A stretch of DNA of 24,630 nucleotides from Armatimonadota bacterium (GCA_043754515.1 JAYUUO010000265.1:1-24630); one strand, 5' to 3'; positions 9,219 through 18,134 are shown, numbered from the stretch's first letter. Notes: generated from the sequence alone by a model not told the origin. Translations and numbers: made by a program.

Positions 9219-10162
9219 TGACACACGCCCGAAAAACTGCCTGGTTGACTGGAGCAGGCTCGCTACTCGCGGGGCTGGTGTATATCTGGGCGCAGTTCAT
9301 CGAACCCTTCTGGCTGGAGTTGACTACGCCCGCCATTACGTGTCCGCGCCTGCCGGAGCCGCTAGACGGCTTGCGCGTCCTGTTCCTTTCCGACATGCAC
9401 ATCCAGACGTGGACGCGGCGGGAGAACGATCTCATGGAACTGCTCCGCCGACTGCCTGAGAAACCCGAACTAATCGTGTGGGGGGGCGACTTCCTATTTC
9501 ATTTCGGCGAAACGGAACAGGGGCTACGCGTCGCGAAAGCCGTGTGCGCGATCTTCGGGGGTGTGCCGACATACGGCGTGTTGGGGAACGCCGAACACAA
9601 GATAAGCCCGGCAAAAACCGCCGCGTTCGTTCGGGATCTGGAAGCCGTCGGCGTCAGAATATTGAACAACCGCGCCGAAACACTCACGGTTCGCGGCACC
9701 GCGATTAATTTGGTCGGGGTGGACGACCCGTATTACGGGCACGACGACCTCGCGCTCGCCATGACTGAGGTGGACACGAGCCGGTTCACTATCCTGTTAA
9801 GCCACTCACCGCAGATCGTGTACCAAGCGACGCGTTTAAGAGTTGACCTGATGCTGTCCGGGCACACACACGGCGGACAGATACGCCTTCCCCTGGTCGG
9901 GGCACTCAAGGCGCAGAATCCGCTGGGGACGCGGCTCGATCGCGGCCTGTTCGACCGGGCGCGGCTGAAACCCATCCTGAGCGGGCGCGAAGTGCCGGAG
10001 TCGTTCCGGCTGTATATAACGCGCGGCATCGGCGTCGCACCGACCTGGCGGCTGTTTTGGCTTCGACCCCGACTGCTGTGCCGCCCCGAGATCGCGCTGA
10101 TTACCCTGCGCCGCGCCCCGGTGCCAGCTGGCGAGGAATGCAAGCGGCACCACTTCTCCTAA
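9218..10162 (+). CDS. Calcineurin-like metallophosphoesterase (YkuE/YaeI-like)
   Basis: SDMH, GGDF, LGNAEH, LLSHSP, SGHTHGGQ, TRGIG; N-terminal hydrophobic anchor. TGATG overlap with the GT2 stop. Confidence 0.9.
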   Translation: MTHARKTAWLTGAGSLLAGLVYIWAQFIEPFWLELTTPAITCPRLPEPLDGLRVLFLSDMHIQTWTRRENDLMELLRRLPEKPELIVWGGDFLFHFGETEQGLRVAKAVCAIFGGVPTYGVLGNAEHKISPAKTAAFVRDLEAVGVRILNNRAETLTVRGTAINLVGVDDPYYGHDDLALAMTEVDTSRFTILLSHSPQIVYQATRLRVDLMLSGHTHGGQIRLPLVGALKAQNPLGTRLDRGLFDRARLKPILSGREVPESFRLYITRGIGVAPTWRLFWLRPRLLCRPEIALITLRRAPVPAGEECKRHHFS

Positions 10163-10178
10163 AGGCGTCGGCGGCTGA

Positions 10179-11306
10179 TCAGCGGACGCGGAGGGTCTGA
10201 ACTTCCTCGGGGGGGGTGGTGTCGTACGTCCGCCCGTTGGCTCGTCTGTTGAGGAACTCGTCAAGCTCTTCATGCGCGTCGGACATGGCGACTGCCTCGC
10301 GGGCAACACTCTGGACGGCCTCAGCGATGTCGCCGAGCGCATTCTCGCCGCGCGCGGAGTAGGAAGTCGCGTGTGTCTGCTCCGGTCTGCCCCAGCTCGG
10401 CAGGGTCAGGCGCAACACTTCCATCTGTGCCCGAAGCTCCTGGCGCAGGGCGCGGACACGCCGCGCCACTTGCGCGCCGCCCTCCGAAGCCCGCGCCGCG
10501 TTCTCCAGCGCGTTCGCCTGACGCTGAAGCGAGCCTGCCACGACGGGGTCGCGCTCCCGTTCCGCGCGGGCGTGCAGTGTTCGTGCTTCCTCGCGCTGAT
10601 CCGCCGCGAGCAGGTTACTACCCGCGTTCTCTATTTCGCCAATAGGCGGGAGGCGGCATAACGCCTCCCCGATGGCGCGGATAGCGGCACGTAACTCGTC
10701 CTCGTGATCTTTTGGTACGTTCTGTGTACGGATCACGTCGCGGACGAGCGACAGATAAGACGCCTCCAGGGGGTCGCGCTCAGGTTCGCCGTTCACGCCC
10801 TGCTGCCGCAGAAAGCGTATCAGCTTGCCCGCCATCTCGCCGAAGACGTGCGGCAGACCGGGGACATTTCCGGTCAGGAACGGGGTGATCTCTTCCTCAC
10901 GGACGGGCGTCTCGTGCAACTTGCGCAGGTGGGCGCGGGGCAAACCGATGAACGTCCCGTAGGCGTAGGCGGTTCCCAGCCCCAGCATCAGCGTCTCCGC
11001 GCCGAGAAAACCGCCGATGTTGCCGTGCAGTAGCGTATCGCCGCCCAGAGTAACGGCTAGGAAGGGGAAGATCCAGCCGAGACCAGCACCGAGCGTCCAT
11101 GCTGTGTTCATGGTTTTATTTTTGGTTAGAGGCAGGGTTTCCGCCGCCACTTCCGGCGAGATGGGCAACCCTTTGATCCAGCGTTTTCCGAGCACACCCA
11201 GGCGCGGGTCCGTCGGCTTCACCCACGCCGAAGCCATGCCGAGGGAGCGATTTCGCGCCGTGAGTATGTGCCATTTTGTGCCGAGGTCTTCCGGAAGCAG
11301 TCGCAT
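10179..11306 (-). CDS. Hypothetical membrane protein (two TM segments plus C-terminal coiled coil)
   Basis: Long ORF with hydrophobic segments followed by an E/R/A-rich helical region. ATG 11306 lies 6 nt after TACAAT. Confidence 0.75.
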   Translation of the reverse strand: MRLLPEDLGTKWHILTARNRSLGMASAWVKPTDPRLGVLGKRWIKGLPISPEVAAETLPLTKNKTMNTAWTLGAGLGWIFPFLAVTLGGDTLLHGNIGGFLGAETLMLGLGTAYAYGTFIGLPRAHLRKLHETPVREEEITPFLTGNVPGLPHVFGEMAGKLIRFLRQQGVNGEPERDPLEASYLSLVRDVIRTQNVPKDHEDELRAAIRAIGEALCRLPPIGEIENAGSNLLAADQREEARTLHARAERERDPVVAGSLQRQANALENAARASEGGAQVARRVRALRQELRAQMEVLRLTLPSWGRPEQTHATSYSARGENALGDIAEAVQSVAREAVAMSDAHEELDEFLNRRANGRTYDTTPPEEVQTLRVR

Positions 11307-11467
11307 GCTCGGATTGTACCGCGTCGCGACGCGAACGTGTCGTAGGGGGCTGCACGGGCAGTGAGGCCAGCGCGCCGTCCGCCGCGGACGCGGCGAACGG
11401 CGAGCATGAGACGGGCGGATAACCCTCCTCCTAGCGCACCCGATCCCGCGTGGTACCATGACCAGCC

Positions 11468-12286
11468 ATGCCCATCACGCTCCGAGACGATTTGAACCGC
11501 GTCGTGACCCTCGCGAGTCCCGCGCGACGCATCATCTCGCTCTCCCCCGCCGCGACGGAGAATCTGTTCGCCATCGGTGCCGGACACTTCGTGGTCGGCG
11601 TCACTTCGGCGGACACCTACCCCGCCGAAGTGACCCGGCTGCCGTCCGTCGGCAATTTCGGTACCCCGCGCTACGAGGTGATACGCTCGCTCGAACCGGA
11701 TCTGATCATCGCGGAGAGCGGGACGCTGAACTCCGATCGGCTACGAATCGTCACGGAGCGGGCGCGTGTCTCCCTTTTCGCCCAGGTGTCGGCGCGGTAC
11801 GCGGACGTGGAAAAACACCTCCGGCAGCTGGCAGTTCTAACTGGTGTCGCGCGCGGAGCGGATGAAGCGATAGCGACACTCCGCGCCGGGGAGGCGACCG
11901 CACGAGCACTCGCGGCGGGCGGGGATCCGGTGCCGACGTTTATCGAGGTGTCCCGCTCGCCGCTCTACGCGGCGGGGCCTGGCTCTTTCCTCGACGATCT
12001 GCTCCGACTCGCCGGGGGGAGTAACGTGGTGCGGGCGCGACAACCTTACCCACAGGTCACGCGCGAGAGCCTTCTCGTCGCCAACCCGCGCGTGTACATC
12101 GTGACGGTACCCGGAGCGGCAGAGCGTATTCTACCAGGAGCCGCCCTGCCCCCGCCTCTCAACTCGATCCGCGCCGCGAAGGAGCACCGTGTGTTCGCAT
12201 TGCCATCCGACCTACTACTGCGCCCCACCCCACGCCTCGCGAAGGGACTGGTACTGCTCGCCCAGACGTTGCGCCGCCGACCCTGA
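11468..12286 (+). CDS. BtuF-like helical-backbone metal/cobalamin-binding protein
   Basis: DDLNRVVTL..PARRIISLSPAATENLFAIGAG, E.I.SLEPDLII, GPGSFLDDLL..AGG.NV, LLRPTPRL. Confidence 0.85.
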   Translation: MPITLRDDLNRVVTLASPARRIISLSPAATENLFAIGAGHFVVGVTSADTYPAEVTRLPSVGNFGTPRYEVIRSLEPDLIIAESGTLNSDRLRIVTERARVSLFAQVSARYADVEKHLRQLAVLTGVARGADEAIATLRAGEATARALAAGGDPVPTFIEVSRSPLYAAGPGSFLDDLLRLAGGSNVVRARQPYPQVTRESLLVANPRVYIVTVPGAAERILPGAALPPPLNSIRAAKEHRVFALPSDLLLRPTPRLAKGLVLLAQTLRRRP

Positions 12287-12306
12287 ACCCGCCAAAACGC
12301 CGCGCC

Positions 12307-13314
12307 TCACGCGGCTAGCCGACGCCCCATCTCCTCCATCGGTGCCATGTCTTCGAGAAGCCGGGTCATGCCGTCGGTCTGCGCCACCACGCCCTCAATG
12401 TCGGAGAGCACCTGTTCGGGCGAGCGTGCCCGCAACTGATCGCTGATCAGACCGAAGGAGTCTTCGAGTAGTTGCATCTGTTGCCCGAGGTTGATCAGGA
12501 AGCGGCCGATCTTCTCCACGTTCTCGCGGCGCGATTCGAGTACCTCGATCCGCTTATCTAAGATAGCCTGCGTGTTGTAGTCTTCCTCTTTTTCCCGCGT
12601 TTTCTGGATCTTCTCGATGTCTAGACCGTACGCCGCCTGGATTGCGGCGACGGCTTGCCGGACTGCCTCCGTGGAGACCGGCTTTCCGGTGTCTATGACG
12701 AGCGGCGAGACGCTACGACACCCGCCGCTCCCGTCGGTTAGCCGCACCTTGACGGAAGGGTTCGCGCCGTTCCCCTGCGGCATCCAGGAGCCGCGGCTGG
12801 GCGGTTGCGAAACGACGGGCGGTGCTTGCGGGCCGCGAACCGGCTCCTTTTGCAGAACGACCTCGTCGAAAACCGTCTGCAAATACTGGCGGAACTGCGC
12901 TTCCTTCAGAGAGAAGCGAAGGAACTGTTCTAGCAGGTAGTCGAGTTTGCGCAACACCTCGCGGAACCATTGTTCCCTGTCCAGACCCTCGGTGCTGTTC
13001 ACTTGCGAGCGGATCGCCTCCAGGCGCGCGAACCGATCCTGTACGTCGCGCCCGATCCGGGGGAACGTCTCCGCCTTCAAGGCGGCGCGGCGCGCCAGCA
13101 CCTCGCGGTCGAATCGCGTGGAGAGGCGCGCGGAGTACCACTGACTGTCTGGCACGAAAAGGAGGTAGGCGGCTTCGGCGACGATGGCGATCAGGACCGG
13201 CAACGGGTTGAGTGTCGCCATAGAGAGGGCGGCGGCACCCGCGAGACCAAGGAGGTTGCCATGCTCCTGGAACGCATGCTGGAGGCGGTTACGTTTGGTG
13301 GGTTCGGAGGACAT
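12307..13314 (-). CDS. Hypothetical protein, N-terminal TM hairpin plus long coiled coil
   Basis: 335-aa ORF with hydrophobic residues ~21-55 and a heptad-like helical remainder. TAGAAT upstream (13390-13385, minus strand). Confidence 0.8.
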   Translation of the reverse strand: MSSEPTKRNRLQHAFQEHGNLLGLAGAAALSMATLNPLPVLIAIVAEAAYLLFVPDSQWYSARLSTRFDREVLARRAALKAETFPRIGRDVQDRFARLEAIRSQVNSTEGLDREQWFREVLRKLDYLLEQFLRFSLKEAQFRQYLQTVFDEVVLQKEPVRGPQAPPVVSQPPSRGSWMPQGNGANPSVKVRLTDGSGGCRSVSPLVIDTGKPVSTEAVRQAVAAIQAAYGLDIEKIQKTREKEEDYNTQAILDKRIEVLESRRENVEKIGRFLINLGQQMQLLEDSFGLISDQLRARSPEQVLSDIEGVVAQTDGMTRLLEDMAPMEEMGRRLAA

Positions 13315-13425
13315 GGGTTTGTGTAGTCGCCTGGCTAAACTAGGTGGGCGGGACAGGGCCGGTAGGCGTTCCCCGTCACTTCAATTCTACCAGATAGTAT
13401 CCCCGTGTCCCGATATAATAACGCC

Positions 13426-14112
13426 GTGATACGAAAAGCATTGAAGGTATACCAGGGGACGACGCCCGACCCCCAGGAGGCGACGCGAGACGCGGTCGCG
13501 GTTCTTCGGCGCGGGCTGTTGCCCATCTCGGAGATATTTTACTCGCTACAGGGCGAGGGTTCGCGCACGGGTCAGGCGACTGTGTTCGTGCGCGTCGCCG
13601 GTTGTAGCCTCGCCTGCTCTTTCTGCGACACCGACTTCCGGGTGCGGCGGACGATGAGCCGGGAGGAGGTCGCCGACGAGGCGCGGGGGTACGGGTCGGC
13701 TTGGGTCTGCCTGACCGGGGGCGAGCCGACTCTGTACAACGAGGTCGGCGGGTTATGCGACCGCCTCCATGAGCACGGGCGACTGTTGCAGGTGGAGACA
13801 AACGGGATGTTCCCGCGCCCCGACTGGCGGTTCGACCATGTGACCGTCTCTCCGAAGGAGTCCGAGGGTGGGGCCCTCGACCCCTGGTATCTCGAAAACG
13901 CGACCGAGTTCAAGTATGTGGTGGATGACGAGGCCGATCTGCATCGCGCGCTAGCAAACCCGACCGCCGGGACGCCAGGCGGTCCCCTGCTCTATATCCA
14001 GCCGAACGCCCTAAATCCCGACTCAGTACGGCTTTGCATAGCGGCGGTACAATCCCATCCCCACAGGCTCCGCCTCTCGCTCCAGACGCATAAACTGCTA
14101 CAGATCCCGTAG
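13426..14112 (+). CDS. queE: 7-carboxy-7-deazaguanine synthase (radical SAM)
   Basis: EIFYSLQGEG..G...VFVR.AGCSLACSFCDT (CxxxCxxC), LTGGEP, VETNG, TVSPK, LSLQTHK. GTG 13426 lies 6 nt after TATAAT. Confidence 0.92.
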   Translation: MIRKALKVYQGTTPDPQEATRDAVAVLRRGLLPISEIFYSLQGEGSRTGQATVFVRVAGCSLACSFCDTDFRVRRTMSREEVADEARGYGSAWVCLTGGEPTLYNEVGGLCDRLHEHGRLLQVETNGMFPRPDWRFDHVTVSPKESEGGALDPWYLENATEFKYVVDDEADLHRALANPTAGTPGGPLLYIQPNALNPDSVRLCIAAVQSHPHRLRLSLQTHKLLQIP

Positions 14113-14113
14113 T

Positions 14114-14214
14114 AGGCAGGAATATCCGCGCGAAGTCAGGCGCCTCCCAGTGTTGTCGCCGGGCGAGTGATGGCCATTTCCCTCACGCCGGGCGAGAGGC
14201 AGGAATATCCGCGC
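14114..14214 (+). repeat. 18-bp perfect direct repeat AGGCAGGAATATCCGCGC (14114-14131, 14197-14214)
   Basis: Two identical copies 83 bp apart in the queE-GNAT spacer. CGCCGGGCGAG also occurs twice between them. Confidence 0.85.
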
Positions 14215-14271
14215 CGCAATCGAACCTATGTCGGGGATCCGCGCCGGGGACGGGCGGATCAAAGAGGAACT

Positions 14272-14793
14272 ATGAAAATCAGCGATCTCTGGGCGAATGT
14301 GTCACGACATTGGAACGAACGACGTGCCGACGACGACCCATCCTCTACGACGACAGGCAACATTCTGATCCGCGCCGGGGGCCGGAAAGCTGACATCATC
14401 AACTCGCTTAAGGTGCGCGACGAGGTGTTCGTCCGGGAGCAGAAGGTCCCCGCCGCCCTGGAACATGACGGGTTCGACGAGGAGGCGTTGCACATCCTCG
14501 CCTTCGACACAACGACAAAAGAGCCTGTCGGCACGGCGCGGGTCCTTGACAAAGGCAACGGGGTCGCGAAGGTCGGGCGAGTCGCCGTGCTCGCGGCGTA
14601 TCGCGGGCACGGCGTCGGGACCGCCATCATGCAAGCCGTGCTCAAAACCACCCGCGAGCTGGAGTTCGCGTCGCTCGTTTTAGACTCGCAGGTGCCCGTC
14701 ATCCCGTTCTACGAGGCACTGGGGTTCGTCGCCGAGGGTGAGATATTCCCCGACGCGGGCATCCCCCACCGACATATGCGGCTCTCGCTTTAG
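14272..14793 (+). CDS. GNAT N-acetyltransferase (ElaA/YjcF-like)
   Basis: VRDEVFVREQKVP..LEHDGFD, VGTAR, KVGRVAVL..YRGHGVG, FYEALGF..EGEIF.DAGIPH. RBS AGAGGA before ATG 14272. Confidence 0.9.
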   Translation: MKISDLWANVSRHWNERRADDDPSSTTTGNILIRAGGRKADIINSLKVRDEVFVREQKVPAALEHDGFDEEALHILAFDTTTKEPVGTARVLDKGNGVAKVGRVAVLAAYRGHGVGTAIMQAVLKTTRELEFASLVLDSQVPVIPFYEALGFVAEGEIFPDAGIPHRHMRLSL

Positions 14794-14807
14794 GCACGGG
14801 GGGCAAA

Positions 14808-15218
14808 ATGGCTGATATGACCGAAACGATTGATCGGATACTCGCCTCGCAGACATTCGCGGTCGTAGGCGCGTCCGCGAACACGGGGAAGTACGGCTAC
14901 AAAGTTTGGAAAATGCTCCGCGAGCGCGGCAAGACCGCGTTCGCCGTGAACCCGAACGCGTCTGAAATCGAGGGGGAGCCTGTCTACCCTACCCTCGCCG
15001 ATCTTCCAATCAGGCCGGACGCCGTGGTCGCGGTGGTGCCTCCGTTCGTCACCGAGACGTTGCCCGCCCAACTCGCCGCCTATAAGATCAAGTATCTGTG
15101 GATCCAGCCGGGCGCGGCAAGTGATCGGGCGGTCGCCGACGCCGAGGCGAGCGGCGTGGAGGTTGTCCACGGTGGGCCTTGCATTCTGGTCGGTCTGCGA
15201 ACCCATTTCGGCTCGTAA
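14808..15218 (+). CDS. CoA-binding protein (YccU-like)
   Basis: FAVVGAS....KYGY, AVNP, YPTLADLP..PD, LWIQPGA, GPCI. Confidence 0.9.
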   Translation: MADMTETIDRILASQTFAVVGASANTGKYGYKVWKMLRERGKTAFAVNPNASEIEGEPVYPTLADLPIRPDAVVAVVPPFVTETLPAQLAAYKIKYLWIQPGAASDRAVADAEASGVEVVHGGPCILVGLRTHFGS

Positions 15219-15276
15219 ATCCGTTAAGGGCGCGTACCCCGTCACGCGTTCTGCCTTACCCGGTAAGCGGGAGGGG

Positions 15277-15306
15277 TTGCGTGGGCGCGGGGCTAGCGGC
15301 TATAAT
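15277..15306 (+). promoter_or_regulatory. Sigma70-type promoter of proS
   Basis: TTGCGT (15277-15282), 18 nt, TATAAT (15301-15306). Confidence 0.65.
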
Positions 15307-15378
15307 CGCTATGCCACCGTCCCACCCTTCGCGCCCTTTTTCTCTGCCTCGCCGGGCGCGATCCAAAGAAAGTTTAAC

Positions 15379-17097
15379 TTGAAAGCCGACCGCTACTTAC
15401 TACCTACCCAGCGCGAAGTCCCCGCCGACGCCGAACTTCCCTCACACCAGCTTCTGCTCCGCGCCGGGTTCATACGCCAACTCGCGGCGGGCGTTTGGTC
15501 CTACCTGCCGCTCGGGTGGCGTGTCATCCGCCGCATCGAGCAGGTCATCCGCGAGGAGATGGAGGCGATGGCGTGTCTGGAAACCAGGCTCCCGACCCTG
15601 ACGCCGAAGGAGTTGCTGACCGAAACCGGCCGGTGGGACGTCCCAGTGATCTATAAACTCCAGGATAGGCGCGACGCAGACTACGCGCTCGGCTTCACGC
15701 ACGAGGAAGCGATGTGCGACATCATCCGCCGCGAGGTCCGCTCCTGGCGGCAGATGCCCCTTCTGCTGTTTCAGCACCAGACCAAGTTCCGAGACGAGCC
15801 GCGACCGCGCGGCGGCACCCTGCGCACCCGCGAGTTCATCATGTTCGACGCGTACTCGTTCGACCGGGACGCGGAAGGGATGGATCATTCGTTCACGCTG
15901 TTCGCGCAGGCGTACCGCAACATCTTCAACCGGATGGGACTGCCATTCGTGGAAGCCGAAGCGGACGGGGGGGACATCGGCGACCTGGACAACCGTGAGT
16001 TCCTGATCCTCACCGACTCTGGCGAGGACACGGTGCTACGCTGTGCCGAGGCGAACTGGGCGGCGAACGCGGAGGCATGCGTCTGTCTGGACATAACTCA
16101 TGAAACAACTAGACAGACCGCGTCGCCGGTTGAGTCGGTGCCGACACCCGGCGCGCGAACCATTGAGGAGGTCTCGGCGTTTCTCGGCGTCGCGCCGGAT
16201 CGGATGATCAAGACGCTGGTCTACGTCGCGGACGGAACGCCGGTCGTGGTGTTAACACGGGGCGACCGCGACGTCAACGAGATCAAGTTGCGCCGCCATC
16301 TGGGCGCGAAAGAGGTGGGACTCGCGAGTGCCGAAGTGGTTCAGCGTGTCACCGGCGCGCCCGTCGGGTACGCCGGGCCGGTCGGCATCGCCCCCGGCAC
16401 ACGGATGATCGCTGACTACGAAATACGGCATATCGGGGACGGCGTTACCGGCGCGAATGAAGCCGACACACATCTTCTCCATGTCCTGGCCGGGCGCGAT
16501 TTCGCACCGACCGAGTACGCGGATCTGCGGGTCGCGGTCGCGGGAGACCCATGCCCCGTCGCGCCGGAGCACGCCCTCACGGACGCGCGGGGCATCGAAG
16601 TAGGGCATATCTTCAAACTCGGCACGAAATACTCGGAGCCGCTGAAAGCGTATTACAGTGACGAGGCGGGGGCGCAACAGACGATCCTGATGGGTTCGTA
16701 CGGCATCGGCAACTCCCGACTCCTCGCCGCGCTCGTGGAGGCGTCGCACGACAGCGAAGGGATTATCTGGCACCCGTCCGTCGCGCCGTTCCCCGTCGTG
16801 ATCGTGGTGGCAAATATCAAAGATACCGCCGCCCTGCGAGGTGCCGAGTTGTTGCACGACGAACTGGAGGCGGCGGGCATACCGGTCATGCTCGACAACC
16901 GGGACGAGCGGACCGGGGTGAAGTTCAAAGACGCCGACCTGATCGGCTACCCGGTCCGGCTGGTGTTCGGCAAGGGGTTCGCGTCCGGTAACGTCGAGAT
17001 CAAGGCGCGCCGGGACGCGAAAGAGGGTGCGCGGGAGGTGCCCGTCGCGGACGCGGTGACGGCGGTACGCGAACTGATCGCCGCGCTTTCGCTCTAA
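15379..17097 (+). CDS. proS: Proline--tRNA ligase (bacterial type with INS editing domain)
   Basis: SHQLLLRAGFIRQ..AG...YLPLG, THEE, KFRDE.RPR.G..R.REF, IKTL in the INS domain, GIEVGHIFKLGTKYS, GVKFKDADLIG. TTG start at 15379 gives MKADRYLLPT. Confidence 0.95.
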   Translation: MKADRYLLPTQREVPADAELPSHQLLLRAGFIRQLAAGVWSYLPLGWRVIRRIEQVIREEMEAMACLETRLPTLTPKELLTETGRWDVPVIYKLQDRRDADYALGFTHEEAMCDIIRREVRSWRQMPLLLFQHQTKFRDEPRPRGGTLRTREFIMFDAYSFDRDAEGMDHSFTLFAQAYRNIFNRMGLPFVEAEADGGDIGDLDNREFLILTDSGEDTVLRCAEANWAANAEACVCLDITHETTRQTASPVESVPTPGARTIEEVSAFLGVAPDRMIKTLVYVADGTPVVVLTRGDRDVNEIKLRRHLGAKEVGLASAEVVQRVTGAPVGYAGPVGIAPGTRMIADYEIRHIGDGVTGANEADTHLLHVLAGRDFAPTEYADLRVAVAGDPCPVAPEHALTDARGIEVGHIFKLGTKYSEPLKAYYSDEAGAQQTILMGSYGIGNSRLLAALVEASHDSEGIIWHPSVAPFPVVIVVANIKDTAALRGAELLHDELEAAGIPVMLDNRDERTGVKFKDADLIGYPVRLVFGKGFASGNVEIKARRDAKEGAREVPVADAVTAVRELIAALSL

Positions 17098-17129
17098 AAA
17101 AACCGCGACCGGCCTACGCCGGTCGCGGT
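17096..17129 (-). terminator. Intrinsic terminator with its U-tract on the minus strand
   Basis: A-run 17096-17102, then a 12-bp perfect stem ACCGCGACCGGC-ctac-GCCGGTCGCGGT. Confidence 0.8.
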
Positions 17130-17609
17130 ACCGTTTAGAGGAGTCGCCATTCGTATCTCGCGCTCCGGGAGGCACCACGGGCGTTCCGGCGCGAGCCGAA
17201 ACTTTCGGGAACCTTGCCAACGCTACATCTGTTGCGACACAAGGCAGTGTATCGTTCCTTCGCTTGAAAAGGTGTTAAATCAGCGTGGTTATTCCCTATT
17301 CGTCGGCACAATTATTCCTATCAACTATATAGACATTACCTTGTTAGCGGGGTCGGGCCGACACGAGAAGGTGTTCCCGACCGCGTACGGCAGTAGCTTG
17401 ACCATCAGTGGCTTGACTATTGGTGGTTCGACATCCACGCACCAATGAACCCGATGCCCTGAGCGTCTGGGGCGGCAAGGAGTCTTTGGGCACGTGGGAG
17501 GCAGCCGACTTCGAGGGGTTGTACTTCAGCGGTGATGAGACCGACTGAACGCCCACATCGTTGGTTCGGATAGTTTAAGCGGGGTTACTTTTCGGGGAAC
17601 AAACAACGC

Positions 17610-18134
17610 ATGACGAACCGCGTGACTACCGACACACAGAGCGCGCGGCGGCGCGGCTTCCTGCTCTTCTTCGCGCTTCTGTTTCTGATCGGGGGACTTT
17701 CCCTGTGGCTCCTTACCCGCCCGAAACCCACGGCGGCGGAGCGGATCGCGGCGGCGTTCGAGAGTGCTCGGGTCGCGGCGCGGAAGGGCGACATCGCGGG
17801 CACCGTCGCCATCGTCTCGCGCGATTTCCGCGCCGGTTCGCTCGACAAGAAACAGCTTCGCCTCGTGCTGTTCCGCGCCCGTCAGGAGACCCGCGACACA
17901 GAGTGGCACCTGGAGGTATCACCGCCCCAAGTGTTGCCCGGCCCGGACAACGCCCCCGATAAGCGGTTCGTGGTCACCCGCGTCGTCGCGCGTGACGCGT
18001 CTGGGGGCGTTCTCTGGAGCACGGGCGACGCGGCGATCACGCTCCTCATGCGCGAGGAGCCGACCCGAGTCTGGGGCATATTTCCCTCCTCGGAATGGCG
18101 CGTGGTCGCCGCCCCTTCCCTGCTCTCTTTTTGA
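17610..18134 (+). CDS. Membrane-anchored hypothetical protein, possibly NTF2-like
   Basis: RRR then a hydrophobic TM segment; A..A...GDIAG....VS.DF pattern resembles NTF2-like/DUF4440 N-termini. Confidence 0.65.
   Translation: MTNRVTTDTQSARRRGFLLFFALLFLIGGLSLWLLTRPKPTAAERIAAAFESARVAARKGDIAGTVAIVSRDFRAGSLDKKQLRLVLFRARQETRDTEWHLEVSPPQVLPGPDNAPDKRFVVTRVVARDASGGVLWSTGDAAITLLMREEPTRVWGIFPSSEWRVVAAPSLLSF

Noticed and set aside
11307..11467. Cobalamin riboswitch upstream of the BtuF-like gene
   Set aside because: No B12-box or GGGAA core, and the -10 element sits right next to the start codon.
13315..14112. preQ1 riboswitch or 7-deazaguanine DNA-modification (dpd) cluster
   Set aside because: queE appears leaderless and stands alone, with no dpdA, queC, queD or folE nearby.
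14114..14214. CRISPR array
   Set aside because: Only two 18-bp copies with a 65-bp gap, and no cas genes.
15219..15378. T-box riboswitch or 15121 start for proS
   Set aside because: No T-box consensus (TGGNACCGCG) or terminator, and the leader is too short. The 15121 start overlaps the CoA-binding gene.
16252..17220. 322-aa antisense ORF to proS, and similar shadow ORFs throughout
   Set aside because: Typical GC-rich antisense open frames with no recognisable motifs.
17525..17549. Hammerhead ribozyme
   Set aside because: GTGATGAG is not the CTGATGA core, and there is no correctly placed GAAA.
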